A stretch of DNA of 64,000 nucleotides. Origin: Octopus sinensis (lineage: Eukaryota). The position numbers and the translations under genes were made by a program. Shown piece by piece: positions 1 to 12,989 of this stretch. The stretch is taken from assembly GCF_006345805.1 (NCBI RefSeq), contig NC_043019.1, positions 19,653,360-19,717,359 on the forward strand, in the 5' to 3' direction. Position 1 is the stretch's first letter. Every line of letters begins with the position of its first letter. The notes beneath the pieces are model-generated. The model was not told where the DNA came from and searched no databases. It was given only the letters and a program-made list of their open reading frames with translations.

Positions 1-695
1 AGGACCGATCAGGTAAAGGACCTGGGTATCTTGGTGGATTCCTCCTTTTCGCCTTCGGCCCAGTGCGTCCATGCTGCCAACAAAGCACGCGGAATTCTGT
101 TCTTGATTCGACGGTCATTCGGAATGCTCACAGCAGCCATATTCCTACCACTCTATGTCACGCTGGTGAGACCCATATTGGAGTACGGGATTCAAGCCTC
201 TTCTCCTTATCTCCTCAAAGACATACAGCATCTCGAAAGAGTCCAGAAGCTGGCTACCCGCATGGTTCATGGTCTCAAAAATTTGTCCTATGAAGAAAGG
301 CTGAGGACGCTCGACCTTTATTCTCTTGAAAAACCCCGCCGCCGTGGTGATCTCATTCTCGCCCACAACATCATAAGCGGAAAGTGTAACCTCTCGAAAG
401 AGATGTTCTTCACTCCTGCTCCAGAGCGTCGGCTGCGGGGTCATTCCGAAAAGCTCTACCTGCGACGATTTCATCTCAATCGAAGGAGAGGAGCTTTCTC
501 CGTCCGGGTTGCGGATCCGTGGAACAAGCTGCCAGACAAGATGGTGAAGATACCAACGACCGCTTTGTTCAAAGCCTCCCTTGACCTCAAGTGGCCTGAA
601 CTCTTTACATGAACACCACCCTGTACTTAACTCCATGTCCCCCTACATGGCCTTGCTATTTGCTTTTGAGCCAAATTAACTAACTAACTAACTAA
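1..695 (+). mobile_element. CR1/L2-group LINE, 3' fragment (RT C-terminus and tail)
   Basis: ORF 31-612 has LYxTLVRPILEY, LERVQKLATRM, YEERL, RRRGDLI and FSVRV..WNKLP motifs typical of the CR1/L2 ORF2 C-terminus. It is followed by a (TAAC)n tail at about 676-695. Confidence 0.85.
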
Positions 696-796
696 AATCA
701 AAAATTCTTTTTAAAAAGGTTAAAAAAAAATTTGGAAAACTCACAGAAGTATATTTTAGAGAATGTCTGATATTTTTGTTACAGTGAGTGATTTAA

Positions 797-835
797 AATA
801 TAACCGGTTTCGATATACCCATCTTATCAAATATC
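797..835 (-). ncRNA. Minimal type-I hammerhead-like motif (U3/A8 core variant)
   Basis: Minus strand reads GATAT-TTGATAA-GAT gggtat ATC-GAA-ACCGGT-T-ATATT: stem I, core, stem II, GAA, palindromic stem III, then stem I complement. It lies about 700 bp 3' of a Penelope RT fragment on the same strand. Confidence 0.6.
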
Positions 836-1499
836 AAAAAGAATTTTTGGCGAAGTAAAAAACAAAAAAATTAGGGGTTAACAGTTTACACCCATGTTTT
901 GTTCTTAGTAAAATTTTACTTTAGGGTGATATATTATCAAAACATTTTTCTTTTTTTCTGTTTCTATTGAGAGAATCTGTTTTAGTTGTTAAGTGTTGTT
1001 TTATGGAAGATCTTTCAAACGATTTGGGAGAATTATCTTCCATTTGCTTTGTTGTGTGTGTGTGTGTGTGTGTGTGTGACTGCGTGTTGTTTTGTCTGTG
1101 TGAGTGTGTGGGTATGTATGTATATGTGTTGTAAGGTATGGCTATCTGTGTGTGTGTGTGTGTGTTTTGGGGATATATTGGCAAAGCGTTTTTCTGTCTT
1201 CCTTCTTTTTTAATAAGAGGATATGGTCAGTAGTTCTGTCCAGCTGTGTGTGTGTTGTTTTGTCTGTGTGAGTGTGTCTATGTGTATGGGTGTTGCTTTT
1301 GGTTTTTTTGGCGGGGGAAATATGTTTTGTATATTATAGTGGGTGTGTATATGTATGTGATTTTGTTTTTTTTGTGGGGGGGGGGGACTGCTTTGTGTGT
1401 GTGTATGTGTGTGTGTGTGTGTGTGTTGACACACATGGTAAAATATTTTTCTTTGTTTTGATTCTCGCTTTTTCCTTCGTTCCTTGATATGAATATGTT

Positions 1500-2400
1500 T
1501 TGCCTTGTATATTCCATTGATGATTAAGCCAAATGGAACAAAGACTGGAAGAACTTAAAAACACTCAGCCAAAGACGGGTGTCTTTAAGTTCTTCCAGTC
1601 TTTGTTCCATTTGGTTGGGTCTGAGACTATTGTACAAATTCGCTTTGCTAGGTTAAAGGGAATATTCAGTTTGGTGTGTTTAGAGCATCAAGATATGAAT
1701 AGAAGGCACTGTTTGGAGTCCGTGGGTTTATAGAATATGTCTGTTTCTATTTTCTCATCCTTGTTGGTGATTAAAATATCGAAGAAGGCAAGTTTCTTAG
1801 TGTTAAACTCCATTGTAAATAATAAGTTGGTCAGCATAGTTTTGAATCTTGTCAGTGTATCCAGGTTTTTCTGCCATAAGATAAAGTAATCATCCAGGTA
1901 CCTTTTCAAATCATTTTTGAGTTGTGTATAGAATGTATCTCCGAAGATAAGAAGGTATTGGCTGTAAAACTTTAGATCATGGAATCCCATGACTAAATTG
2001 GTGTATGTAGGGGCTACTTTCGTTCCCATTACAGTTCCTGAAATATGCTGGTATGCTGAATCACTGAAGGTAAAGTAGTTGTTTTGGAGGATGAACTTTA
2101 GCCCGTCAGTGAACAAGTGTTTTTCAATGCATGTCGGCAGTTCAGATTTGTGTGTGTCTAGCCTGTATTTGATTGCAGTTATTCGGTAGTCATGGGTTAT
2201 ATAAGTATATAGGTTGATAACACCGAAAGCAACAAAAGTTGTGTGTTCATTTTCCAATTTTAGCAGATGATTTAGTATGTCCAGGTCATCTCGTATGTAA
2301 CTCTGTTTGTGTTTTCGAAAGGGTCTTAGGAGAATGTCCAAGAAGTTATTAAGTCTGCGGGTTTCACATGCAGGTCCTGCTATGATCGGTCTAAGCTTTA
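1500..2400 (-). mobile_element. Penelope-like element (PLE), RT/thumb fragment
   Basis: ORF 1688-2341 has FDVxxLYT-like (FGVINLYT), GTVMGTKVAPTY, KRYLDD and FFDILI..ETDIFYKPTDSKQ motifs. Thumb sequence (NIPFNLAKRICTIV) continues after a frameshift. Confidence 0.85.
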
Positions 2401-2623
2401 AGGCATATGCTTACATACATACATACATGTATGCATACATACCTAACTAACGTACACTACCAACACATGATACATCATGGTTGTTTCTACCGCACCACGA
2501 ATGTTATGATACCTAGCCAGTCCTAGTACCCAACATGTTGAGGCGCCTACATTCTAATGGACCCTTTCAAAAATCTCTCACTCACTCCCTCTCTCTCCCC
2601 CTCTCACTCTCTTAATATATATA

Positions 2624-2908
2624 ACATCAGATGTTGCTATACATCGCTGGTCACAATGCGCTTCGCACTGTTCTAGCCTTCAAATGACGCCACCCCGCTG
2701 GTTAAGTGAGTTGGCCAACAGAAGAAAGAGTGAGAGAAAGTTGTGGCGAAAGAGTACAGCAGGGATCGCCACCCTCCCTGCCGAAGCCTCGTGGAGCTTT
2801 AGGTGTTTTCGCTCAATAAACACTCACGACTCCTGGTCTGGGAATCGAAACCGAGATCCTATGACCGCAAGTCTGCTGCCCTAACCACTGGGCCACTGCT
2901 CCTCCACA
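2624..2908 (-). mobile_element. tRNA-derived SINE (family B)
   Basis: Minus strand starts GTGGAGGAGCAGTGGCCCAGTGGTTAGGGCAGCAGACTTGCGGTC...GGTTTCGATTCCC (A/B-box tRNA-like head). Its middle segment is shared with 9630-9710. Confidence 0.75.
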
Positions 2909-3682
2909 CACACTCACACACACACATACACACACACATATATATATATATAAGCAACTGCAGTAAGTGACATAAGTTTGCATTGTTAAAACATAAACAT
3001 TGATAAATAGTCAAAGTTGTGATATTGTAAACATGACAGTAAAATGATATCAAAAAGAAGAAAAGACTATAGATACAGTTGTGTGGCCTGCATTACATAT
3101 TTGTCATGTTTATTATTTCCTAGTTTTAGAGAAAGAGTGTGGTTAAGAATCAGCCATTGTGAATCAACAGAAAAAAAAGTCAAACAAAAACGTATTGATA
3201 TTTAAAATATAAAAATAAACGTAAAGTGAGACATAATGTTGTCAACGAAGTTTCGTTTCATTGACAAGAAAATATTTACTAAATGTAAATATTTATTTTG
3301 CTGTGAAAATGCATTTGCAAATATTGCCTTCATAGTGAGAAAGGCTTGCGTCAACAATTTACCTTATTAATGCCTGCCCCCTGCCCCATGTATTTACGGC
3401 ACACATTAATTGCAGGCGCGTCCACCCATTACCTCAGTACACACACACACACACACATACACATGCTCTCTCTCTCACATACACACGTACATACGCACAC
3501 GCACACACGTGTGTGTATGTGTTTGTGCGTGGTGGTGGATGGGTGGATTTGTCTGTGTGTACTTAAGATTCCGGAATCTCCAGTTTCTTCATTTTGTCCT
3601 TACCAAAGAATATAGCTGTCATGACACCACTTGTAATATATGAAACTGATGAGATCATATAATCAGGCTGTGTGCCTTTTCA

Positions 3683-3743
<61 letters not shown>
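3683..3743. repeat. (TAT)n/(TAA)n microsatellite at the 3' end of the R4/Dong element
   Basis: About 20 perfect trinucleotide units. Confidence 0.95.
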
Positions 3744-6700
3744 GCCTTTGCACAGCTTCTAACGCTGGAGATGTACTACAGTGTCAGCTGTTCACTACCA
3801 GTGAACTAAGGTAACACCCCTTATTTTTCGAGCACCTTTCAGCGTATCTGAGTGGTTCCAATCAGTGCTGGTTTTTGCAAGTGCTCCACCTTTATTGCAG
3901 TCCCTATTTGTTCCACGTACTTCCCAAGATTTTTGCTCACTGTTCCCAGGGCTCCGACAATTATTGGTACTACTACTACCTTTTTCATCGACCACAACTG
4001 CTTAACTTCCCAAGCTAACCTGTCATATCTATCGACTTTTCTTTCTTCCTTATCGTATACCTTGTTGTTAGCTGGACATGCTATATCTATGATCCAGCAT
4101 AGTTTGCTTTCTTTCTCAATTAAGACTATGCCTGGTTTCATATTCTCTATCACATGGTCGCTCTAAATTATAAAATCTCACAGAATCTTTGCATTATCAT
4201 TTTCGATGATGCCTTCAGGTTTATGGTCGTACCAGTTTTTTTCTCTGCCAAGTCCATACTTGTTGCAAAGTGTCCAATGGACAAGACTCGCTATATTGTC
4301 GTGGCGTCTCTTATATTCCTTCTGGGCTAGTGGCGTACATTGACTGGTAATATACCATACGGTTTCACCATTTTGTCCACAAATTCTGCATTTATCACTT
4401 TCTGATATGTTGTCTATTCTGTATTTTATGTAATTTGTTCTTAGTGCTTGCTCTTGGGCAGCACAGATTAGAGCCTCCTTTTCCGGTTTTAAATCACTTT
4501 TAGTCATCCACAGCCATCTTTTTTCTCTGTCTGTCTTATCTTCAACATCCCTATGAAATTGACCATACATTCTTTTCTTTATCCGCCTATTTTCAGTTTC
4601 ATTGGATTTCAATTGCTTGTATAGTGCTTTATCTTTGCAATTTTTCATCCTACACAAGCCTGATCTTCTTACTTCTAATTATAGCGGTTTTGTGACATTT
4701 TTTTACATCCCATGCTATGTTGTTTTCTTCTCCTATAATGCTGTGTTCGTATCCAATAAGTCCTCTTCCCCCTCTTTTTCTTGGTACATATAGTCTGTCT
4801 TTGTCACTTTTGGGGTGTAAGCCTTACGATAATCGATCCATAACATGGCTAAGTTACTTTTCCTCCTCTTGCAGTCTCTAAGTACAGTTAGCAATTTCCT
4901 TGTCTTTCTGTCTAAGCTGTCTACTGTCCATGCGATTACCCTTGCTCCATATCTAAGGAGTAAAACCGCCCAGGTGTTGATAGCTTCAATCTTATTCCGT
5001 CCGTTGAATTTCGACTTAAGGATCAGTCTCAGTCTGCGCAATTACTCCACCTTAAATTTTTCTGGCATTTCTTTCTCCATCAGTTTATCCATTTCCAAAA
5101 TCCCCAAGTGCTTATAGCCCGTCTCTTCTATCTGCTTCATAACCTCCTGTGACGATATCGTTAGCCCGTCCATACATTTGATTTTGCCTCTCTTCAAGAC
5201 TAACACACCACACTTTCTCAGTCTGAACTCCATTCTGATATCAGCACTGAAGGTATACGCCATATCAACGAGGGAACTGACCTGGGCTTCATCTTTACCA
5301 TAAAGTTTGAGGTCATTCATGAATAACAAGTAGTTGACTTTTTGTCGGCAGCTTTTGAATACGTACCCAGCTTTTGCTTTCCTCAGAATCAGTGTTAGTG
5401 GTATCAAGCAGAGTACTAACATCAGTGGGGGAAAGCAGTCTCCTTGGAAGATACCCCTCCTAATTTCTACTGTCCCTAAACTTCTTCCTATGCTGTCAGG
5501 TCCGTCTTCCAATTCACCATACTTTTTCCAAGCAATTGCTCAACATTCAATGAAATACCAAATAGGTTCATACACTCCATAATCCAAGAATGTGGGATCA
5601 TATCGTACACCTTACGATAATCAATCCATAACATGGCTAAGTTACTTTTCCTCCTCTTGCAGTCTCTAAGTACAGTTTTGTCTATCAGGAGTTGATCCTT
5701 GGTACCTCTGCACTTACGCTTGCAACCTATCTGCTCATGTGGCAGGATTCCATTTTTTTCCAGATGTTCATACATTGACTCTGCGAGTATTCCAGTCAAT
5801 TATTTCCACATAAGTGGCAAACAGGATATCGACCTGTAATTGTCTACCGTATTGCTTTTTTCGATGTTTTTCAGGCACAGCACTGTCCTACCCATTTAAC
5901 AAGGTGTTGAGTTGCGCAGCTGTTCGTGCATGACATTCACCAAATCCAGTAGCCTTGATCTCCATCTGGACCTGGGGCCTTTCAGTTGCTCATTTTTTTG
6001 CTGATTCCTTCACTTCCCTAACTGAAATGAATAGTTCTACCTGTTTTGGACAGACTATTATTTGTTTCAGTTCTTGCAACCATTCAGCATCCTTCTTGTG
6101 CTCCTTGTCTTTGCTCCAGATGTCACTCCAAAACTTTTGACTTTCAATGTTATCTGGTAACAACTTTTCATCTGTGCACTCCATTTATTTCTTTATAGAA
6201 TCTCTTCTGATCTACTCTGAATAACCTATTCTGCTGGTAACCCTTCATTCTTTGGCTTTATATTACCATCTTTACTTTCTTTGCAACGAGGCGCTATTTT
6301 AGTTCCTCTATTACCACTTTTAGGCCCTTTCTTTCAATATTCTACCTCCTTTTCAGTGCCCTGTATTTTTGCTTGCTTTTAAGCTCCCCTTTTTCTTTTC
6401 GGTCAAACACAGAAATGTCCTTCGAGAGCATATCTAACCCTGCCTTTATTCTTCTTTTCCACCATCGATCTTTTCTTTTGTCACTCCCATTATGTTTCTT
6501 TTTCTTGTCATCAACACCCACGTTTTCTGCTACAACAGTACTTGCTGCCTCGATCAAATTATTTGTTTCTGTGATGTTTAAAGTTGTAAATAATGTCGCT
6601 ATCGTTCTCCTGTAGTCTTGCCTTTATTCTATCGTAGATTGCCTTTTGTTCATCTGTCAGGTCGCCATTAGTTTTATTGTCTTCTTTCAGATCATCTATA

Positions 6701-7260
6701 TCTCTCTCATCAAGTAAACTACCACTGGTCCTTTCCTGTGCTATGAGATTACTTTTATTAGTAAGAAATGTATTTTCATCATTATCTCTGCTGCTATTTT
6801 CCAATAACCGTCTTTTGATAGCTTCAAGCTCTACTTCTGTGAACCAACAATGTTTTTCTTATTACTCTAGCTTGATCACATAGTCTCTGTTCTGTGAGTT
6901 GAAGCAATCCCTTTTCTCTCCAATGATCATATATATGTTGTCGGTAACCCCTAATTTGAGCACCATTTCCATCTACTGGGCTGCTCAGGTAGTAACACTC
7001 TATGACCATAGCATTAATTTGCTTGCTCCATCTACGCCGTGTGTGGTGGTTCCTTTCCAGGTATAGACAGGCTGGAGCCGAAACAGAATCTCTGAGCCTG
7101 CCGGATGCAACACTGTCACCATCAATGGCTTCAGTTTCATTACCACTATTATTCACAAAATTGTGTTTTTTCATTGTCACTCATATGAGGTTGTGATTAT
7201 CAAGTTGCGCAATTACCAGTGTTTTTATTGTGACACCATCACCAGATGTATCATTAATTG
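3744..7260 (-). mobile_element. Near full-length, degenerate R4/Dong-clade non-LTR retrotransposon (RT plus restriction-like endonuclease)
   Basis: Consecutive minus-strand ORF fragments give an N-terminal RRRWSK..CYY..RGYRQ..LCDQAR region, RT motifs ([45 protein letters not shown]), a CCHC finger (CRICGQNGETVWYITSQC) and an RLE domain (KPGIVLIEK..IIDIACP..K). Confidence 0.9.
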
Positions 7261-7289
7261 TTACTATAATAATTATTATTATTTTCATA

Positions 7290-7745
7290 GAGGGTTGTAT
7301 CTATCTTTTCACCTTCCTTGTTGACTATTCGTGGATCAAAGGGGCATGCAACGACAAATATATAGCATATGTGGTGCACCTTGTCCACCCCCACCCCCAG
7401 GTCCGGTCTGTTATGCTCTAGCACCTGATCTATTTGGATTGGGAATTCCCAGAGAAGTCTCTGACTCCGCCATTCTCTGCGTTTTGTGCTCATACCACGT
7501 CTTGTCTCTCTCTAGCCCCACTTTTTGCACAGTTTCCAATGTAGCACTTTTGGTACTTCATCGTTTCGCCACAACTTGTAGTGGTTTTGGGCAAGTCTAG
7601 AGCATTCGTTCAAGATATGGACAATAGTTTCATCCACTCTATTAGAAATGAGGCACAGCGGAGATACGTATCTGAATTCTCTCTTGCTCAAGCACACAGA
7701 AATGGTAATCTTGGACAAGAACCAACCTTTCGTCAAAGTCATTCC
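7290..7745 (-). mobile_element. Older R4/Dong-type fragment (zinc finger and RLE)
   Basis: Translates to ETIVHILNECSRLAQNHYK..LHWKLCKK and HNRPDL..VACPFD. It ends in a short TAA-rich tract at about 7263-7285. Confidence 0.75.
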
Positions 7746-8184
7746 AATAAATTTGCAGGTTTTAGTGATATGAAAATTTTTAAAATCATGTTAGGAACTT
7801 GGAACCACAGTAATAAATTTGCTGATGAGGAAATATGATGTGACAAAAATGCAGTACAAATCATTTTTGCTCACAAGATTAACTTTGCAATCTACATCAG
7901 ATAACATCAGTCTCCTTATTTTCACACCTGCTCTTCCATATTTGCATGGGTCAGACGGAACACGCTGCGGCAGATTTTCTATGTTTAGTTGCCCTCATCT
8001 GTTTCCAAGTGGAGTGATTCATTCCCCACTGACATGTTGTCGTAGAATATTGAAAATGAATGACATTGCATTTATGATAGTGACGTTCGTTTACAACAAC
8101 CAGGTAATATAAAGACCAGGACACACACACACATGAGCACACACATATATGAAATGAAGTGTTTCAGTCTGTTAACCTTCATTG

Positions 8185-8230
8185 GACAGTCCGATGAAGA
8201 CCTGCAGGCCAAAATTTCGAAGTCACTGTC
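8185..8230 (+). ncRNA. Minimal type-I hammerhead-like motif (CCGAUGA core, G12A)
   Basis: GACAGT-CCGATGA-A-GACC tgca GGCC-AAA-ATTTCGAAGT-C-ACTGTC, with a perfect 6-bp stem I, a near-palindromic stem III and a GUC cleavage triplet. Confidence 0.6.
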
Positions 8231-8349
8231 ATCAGTCTTGTAACATTATGATAATACATACTTTACACAAAGTAATAAGTGATCATTCAATTTAATGGAA
8301 AATTGTTTTTATTAAAACTCGACCATAAAAAAGATACGTACATATACAT

Positions 8350-8500
8350 ACTTGCACACATACATACATACATACATACATACATACATACATACATACA
8401 TACATACATACATACGTACGTACGTACATACATACATACATACATACATACATACATACATACATACATACATAATACATACATACATACATACATACAT

Positions 8501-8549
<49 letters not shown>

Positions 8550-8985
8550 TACATACATACATACATACATACATACATACACACACACACATTCATACAT
8601 ACATACATACATACATACATACATACATACATACATGCATACATACATACATACATGCATGCATGCATGCATACATACATACATACATACATACATACAT
8701 ACATGCATGCATACATACATACATACATACATACATACATACATACATGCATACATACATACATACATACATACATACATACATGCATACATACATACAT
8801 ACATACATACATACATACATACATGCATACATACATACATACATACATACATACATACATGCATACATACATACATACATACATGCATACATACATACAC
8901 ACATACATACATACATACATACATACATACATACATACATACATACATACATACATACATACATACATACATACATGCATGCAAA
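8350..8985. repeat. (TACA)n/(CA)n compound microsatellite
   Basis: About 630 bp of TACA units with TGCA variants. Confidence 0.95.
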
Positions 8986-9102
8986 CAAAAATATGTTGAT
9001 GTTGAAATTCCAATGAAGTAGCCTTGGATATAAGTTAGAATCCAATTCTTTCTTTATTGGCAAGAAATCTTTAAATAAACTGAATAATGACATACATAAA
9101 TA

Positions 9103-9152
<50 letters not shown>

Positions 9153-9563
9153 CACACATATAATCATGTAGGCATGGAAAACTCCAAGCTGTGTCCTCTT
9201 GAAGCACATCAGTTTTACAATCCAGTATGTAAATGCAGTCATATTTGCATTCATGTGACGTTCATATTAGAGATGAAAATTCTGGAGGATTTTTTGTATT
9301 GTCTCTTCATCATTACACATGTTCCATTTGCTAATAAGAATCACAAAACTGGACATGTTAGATAAACATGAAAGGAATTTCCTATTAGAAATGATTCATC
9401 CAAATGTAAATTTTGCAAAATTTGATTCCCTGTCTGAAGTATTTCTAATAAAAAATTTCTTACATGTTTATCCAGCATGTACAATTATGTGGTTCCTTTT
9501 AGTAAATGAGTCATGTGAAATGGTGAATAGATTATACCAAAAACTTTCCAGATTCCTGTTTTG

Positions 9564-9986
<423 letters not shown>

Positions 9987-10001
9987 TATATATATATACA
10001 C

Positions 10002-10142
<141 letters not shown>

Positions 10143-10149
10143 TGTAGAA

Positions 10150-10522
10150 GTAGAAGTGGCTGTGTGGTAAGTAGTTTGCTTACCAACCACATGGTTCCAG
10201 ACCTTGGGCAAGTGTCTTCTACTATAGCCTCAGGCTGAATAAAGCCTTGTGAGTGGATTTGGTAGACGGAAGCTGAAAGAAGTTCGTCGTATATATGTAG
10301 ATATATATATATATATGTTTGTGTGTGCGTATACGTTTGTGTGTCTGTGTTTTTCCCCCAACATCGCTTGACAACCGATGCTGGCGTGTTTACGTCCCCG
10401 TAACATTAGCGGTTCGATAGAATAAGTACTAGGCATACAAAGAATAAGTCCTAGGGTCGATTTGCTCGACTAAAGGCGGTGCTCCAGCATGGCCACAGTC
10501 AAATGACTGAAACAAGTAAAAG

Positions 10523-10527
<5 letters not shown>
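10150..10527 (+). mobile_element. tRNA-derived SINE (family A), 5'-truncated
   Basis: GTGGCTGTGTGGTAAGTAG...CTTGGGCAAGTGTCTTCT...CCAGCATGGCCACAGTCAAATGACTGAAACAAGTAAAAGAG, matching the other family A copies. Confidence 0.85.
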
Positions 10528-10575
<48 letters not shown>

Positions 10576-10689
10576 CATATATATATACTCGATTTTTAAT
10601 ACCTCTGCCGAAGAATACGAATCTGAGAAGATGCTCAGATGAGAAGTTTGGTCTTTTCAACGTCATTCCTCAAACTGAAAGCAAAATCG

Positions 10690-11480
10690 TTGGTGGTCGC
10701 AGATGATGCAGCAGTGGCAGTGCACTCTGAAGAACCAATGCAGCACCTGAGGCTTTCAAAGGCCTGTCAGGAATTCAGCTTTTGACTCTCAGTCTGAAGA
10801 AGATCCAAGCACGCCCCCCCCCCCCGCCATCACCATCAACAACTACAAGCTGGAGGTAGTCCATTAATTCACCTACCTCGGCGCTACCAACGCTGATGAT
10901 CTCTCCCTGGACCCTGAGATCAACAAGCAAATCGAACAAGCATCCTCCGCATTTGCCAGACTCACAAAGAGAATCTGGGGGTGGGGCTGTAAACACCAAA
11001 ATTGCTGTCCATAAGGCGTGCGTCCTTAGCACGCTACTTCACGAAAGTGAGGCGTACGCATCTTGGACATCAAGTGGACCAACCACATCACCAACAGCGA
11101 AGTCCTCAACAACATACTCAACATACATATCTTGCTTCAGCAGCGTCATTTGCGCTGGTCATGTTCATCGCTTGCCAGACGGAAGGATCCCAAAATACTT
11201 CCTGTGTGGGGAATTGGCCACCGGCACAAGAACACGAAGACAACCTCATCTTCGTTTCAAAGACGTCTGTAAAAGGGATAGGAAATCGCTTGATCTGGAC
11301 GTCCTGAGATGGGATCAGGTTGTAAATGATTGCCCACACTGGAGGCAAACACTGCGAAAGAGAATGAAGAGAGCGGAAGAAAATCAGGAACCACACTGGA
11401 CGGAAGGAAAAATTAGTAGCGCCGACAGAGAGCTCCTTCAAATGCAGTGGCGCAGATCCATGGCTTCTCGAGACCGACGG
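10690..11480 (+). mobile_element. RTE-clade LINE fragment (RT C-terminus)
   Basis: Translates to FTYLG, EINKQI..ASSAFARL, TKIAVHKACVLSTLLHESE, LRWS..GHV.RLPDGRIPK..GEL and RFKDVCK. Confidence 0.8.
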
Positions 11481-12211
11481 ATGCCTGCTACTATTCACCA
11501 CACACACACACTGGGCTTGTTTCAGTTTTCTTCCGTTTACATTATCTCAGTTAATTTTGATAACTAAAAGAGTGGCTGAATGACATCTGGCAAAGTAGAA
11601 GTCAAATTGTTGCGCTTAATATTGCCCTCTGTGAGACGCCGACATCTTGCGTGGTTTCTTTTTATCAACAATTTACACACACGCACGCACGCATGCATAG
11701 TTACTGCATCAATAATCCCCGTATTTGATGTCGTATAAAACGCTCTATTTTCAAAAACGGTCTAAAAAAAAAAGCAATCACCCCGGCTCCTAAATGTGAA
11801 TCTGGACCTATTTTACATGCTTTAATGCCGTAAAAACTTTCTCCTCTGATTGTCTGCTGCTGAGAATGTGGTGCATCTAATATACATGTGTGTCTTTTTC
11901 GCTATCAAATATTGTAGGAATCACCGATGAATGGACTGAGTTGCGAATCGGCAAAATCTGCTCTTCATAGAATTTGTATGAATTGCTGTGTGTTATTATT
12001 CTCTCTTCCCCTTCCCTTCTTTCTTCCTCTCCGTCCCCCTGCCTGCCTGCCTGTCTATCTGTCTCTTTCTCTCTCTCCCTGTTAAAACGGACAAAGTAAA
12101 TACTCTTGATGAGCTGGTAAATAGCAGGCGAAACTATTCGAATTAATTTTGATATGCCTTGTACGGTGAGGGAAAGAGAAGAGAGATTAAAAAAGAAAAG
12201 AAAAGAAAAAA

Positions 12212-12242
<31 letters not shown>

Positions 12243-12357
12243 TGAAGTTTAGCACGGAACAACGGAATGGAAATAAATTTGTTGGTTGAATCGTAATTAA
12301 TATATTGATGAAAACCATTTTTGATTTGTACAAGTTTTGTAATTCTTCCATTTCAAG

Positions 12358-12501
12358 GAATTTTGTGCACCGCCATGGTCAACAAGATTGGAACACGCTA
12401 CACAATAATGATTGGTGGACTCCTTGAAATGATCGGTGTTTTCGTATCTTCCTTTGCCAACAGTCCGTATTTTCTTATTGGACCTCTCGGTGTGCTCGCT
12501 G
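12358..12501 (+). CDS. SLC16/monocarboxylate-transporter-like MFS gene, internal exon A (TM2-TM4 region)
   Basis: Acceptor ttccatttcaag at 12357 and donor GTATGT at 12502, phase 1/1. Peptide ILCTAMVNKIGTRYTIMIGGLLEMIGVFVSSFANSPYFLIGPLGVLAG matches the MCT N-domain pattern. Confidence 0.85.
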
Positions 12502-12989
12502 GTATGTACAATCCAATGGTTTCTTTTACATTTTATCTTTTACTTGTTTCAACCGTCGGCGCGCAGCCATCGAGAGATACCGCACTTATTTTATTAAGTT
12601 TGCAACTCCTTCGACCGGTGTCTATTCCGAACCGCTAAGGTACCAGGATGTCAACAAAAGTTAAATCGATTTATCAACCACCGCGGAAATTACGTTGCTG
12701 CAAGCGAGCTGCACAGCCATGCTTGCTCCTAGCATTTTAAAAATGATTTTATCGATTAAGAAGTTGCTCCACAGAACTCAATCACTCCAAAAGGTAAAAG
12801 CACTTCCTTAACAGAGCCGGAGTCGCGTCTCAACTATTGCCTTTTTGCTTCAGAATCAGAAAATACGAGAACGGTCCAGAGGCTGACAATGAAGAAGTGA
12901 TTGTAGAGCTTGGACATCTTGCATGCATCAGTTTCAACTCTTCTTATTAATAACTGCATTGTTTCTTTCCAGGTAAACTGACACCTGAC

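Noticed and set aside
2830-2908. tRNA gene-like sequence (also at the SINE A heads and about 35905-35950)
   Set aside because: These are A/B-box heads of SINEs that continue into SINE bodies; no complete cloverleaf or acceptor stem is present.
8279-9207. Long ORFs of (YIHT)n/(MYVC)n type, and similar ones at 9.6-10.2k, 19.2-19.6k, 29.8-31k, 34.7-35.2k, 46.5-47.1k, 50.4-51.2k and 55.1-55.4k
   Set aside because: These are translations of TACA, TA and CA microsatellites that happen to lack stops; there is no coding signal.
7819-9560. Candidate SLC16 first exon in the unique sequence upstream of exon A
   Set aside because: No PDGGWGW/TM1-like peptide with a phase-1 donor was found in the frames inspected; the exon is probably upstream of the window.
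12502-12638. ORF extensions past the exon boundaries (12321-12638 and 17999-18772)
   Set aside because: Similarity to MCT stops at canonical GT/AG sites, and the extensions run into intronic low-complexity or SINE sequence.
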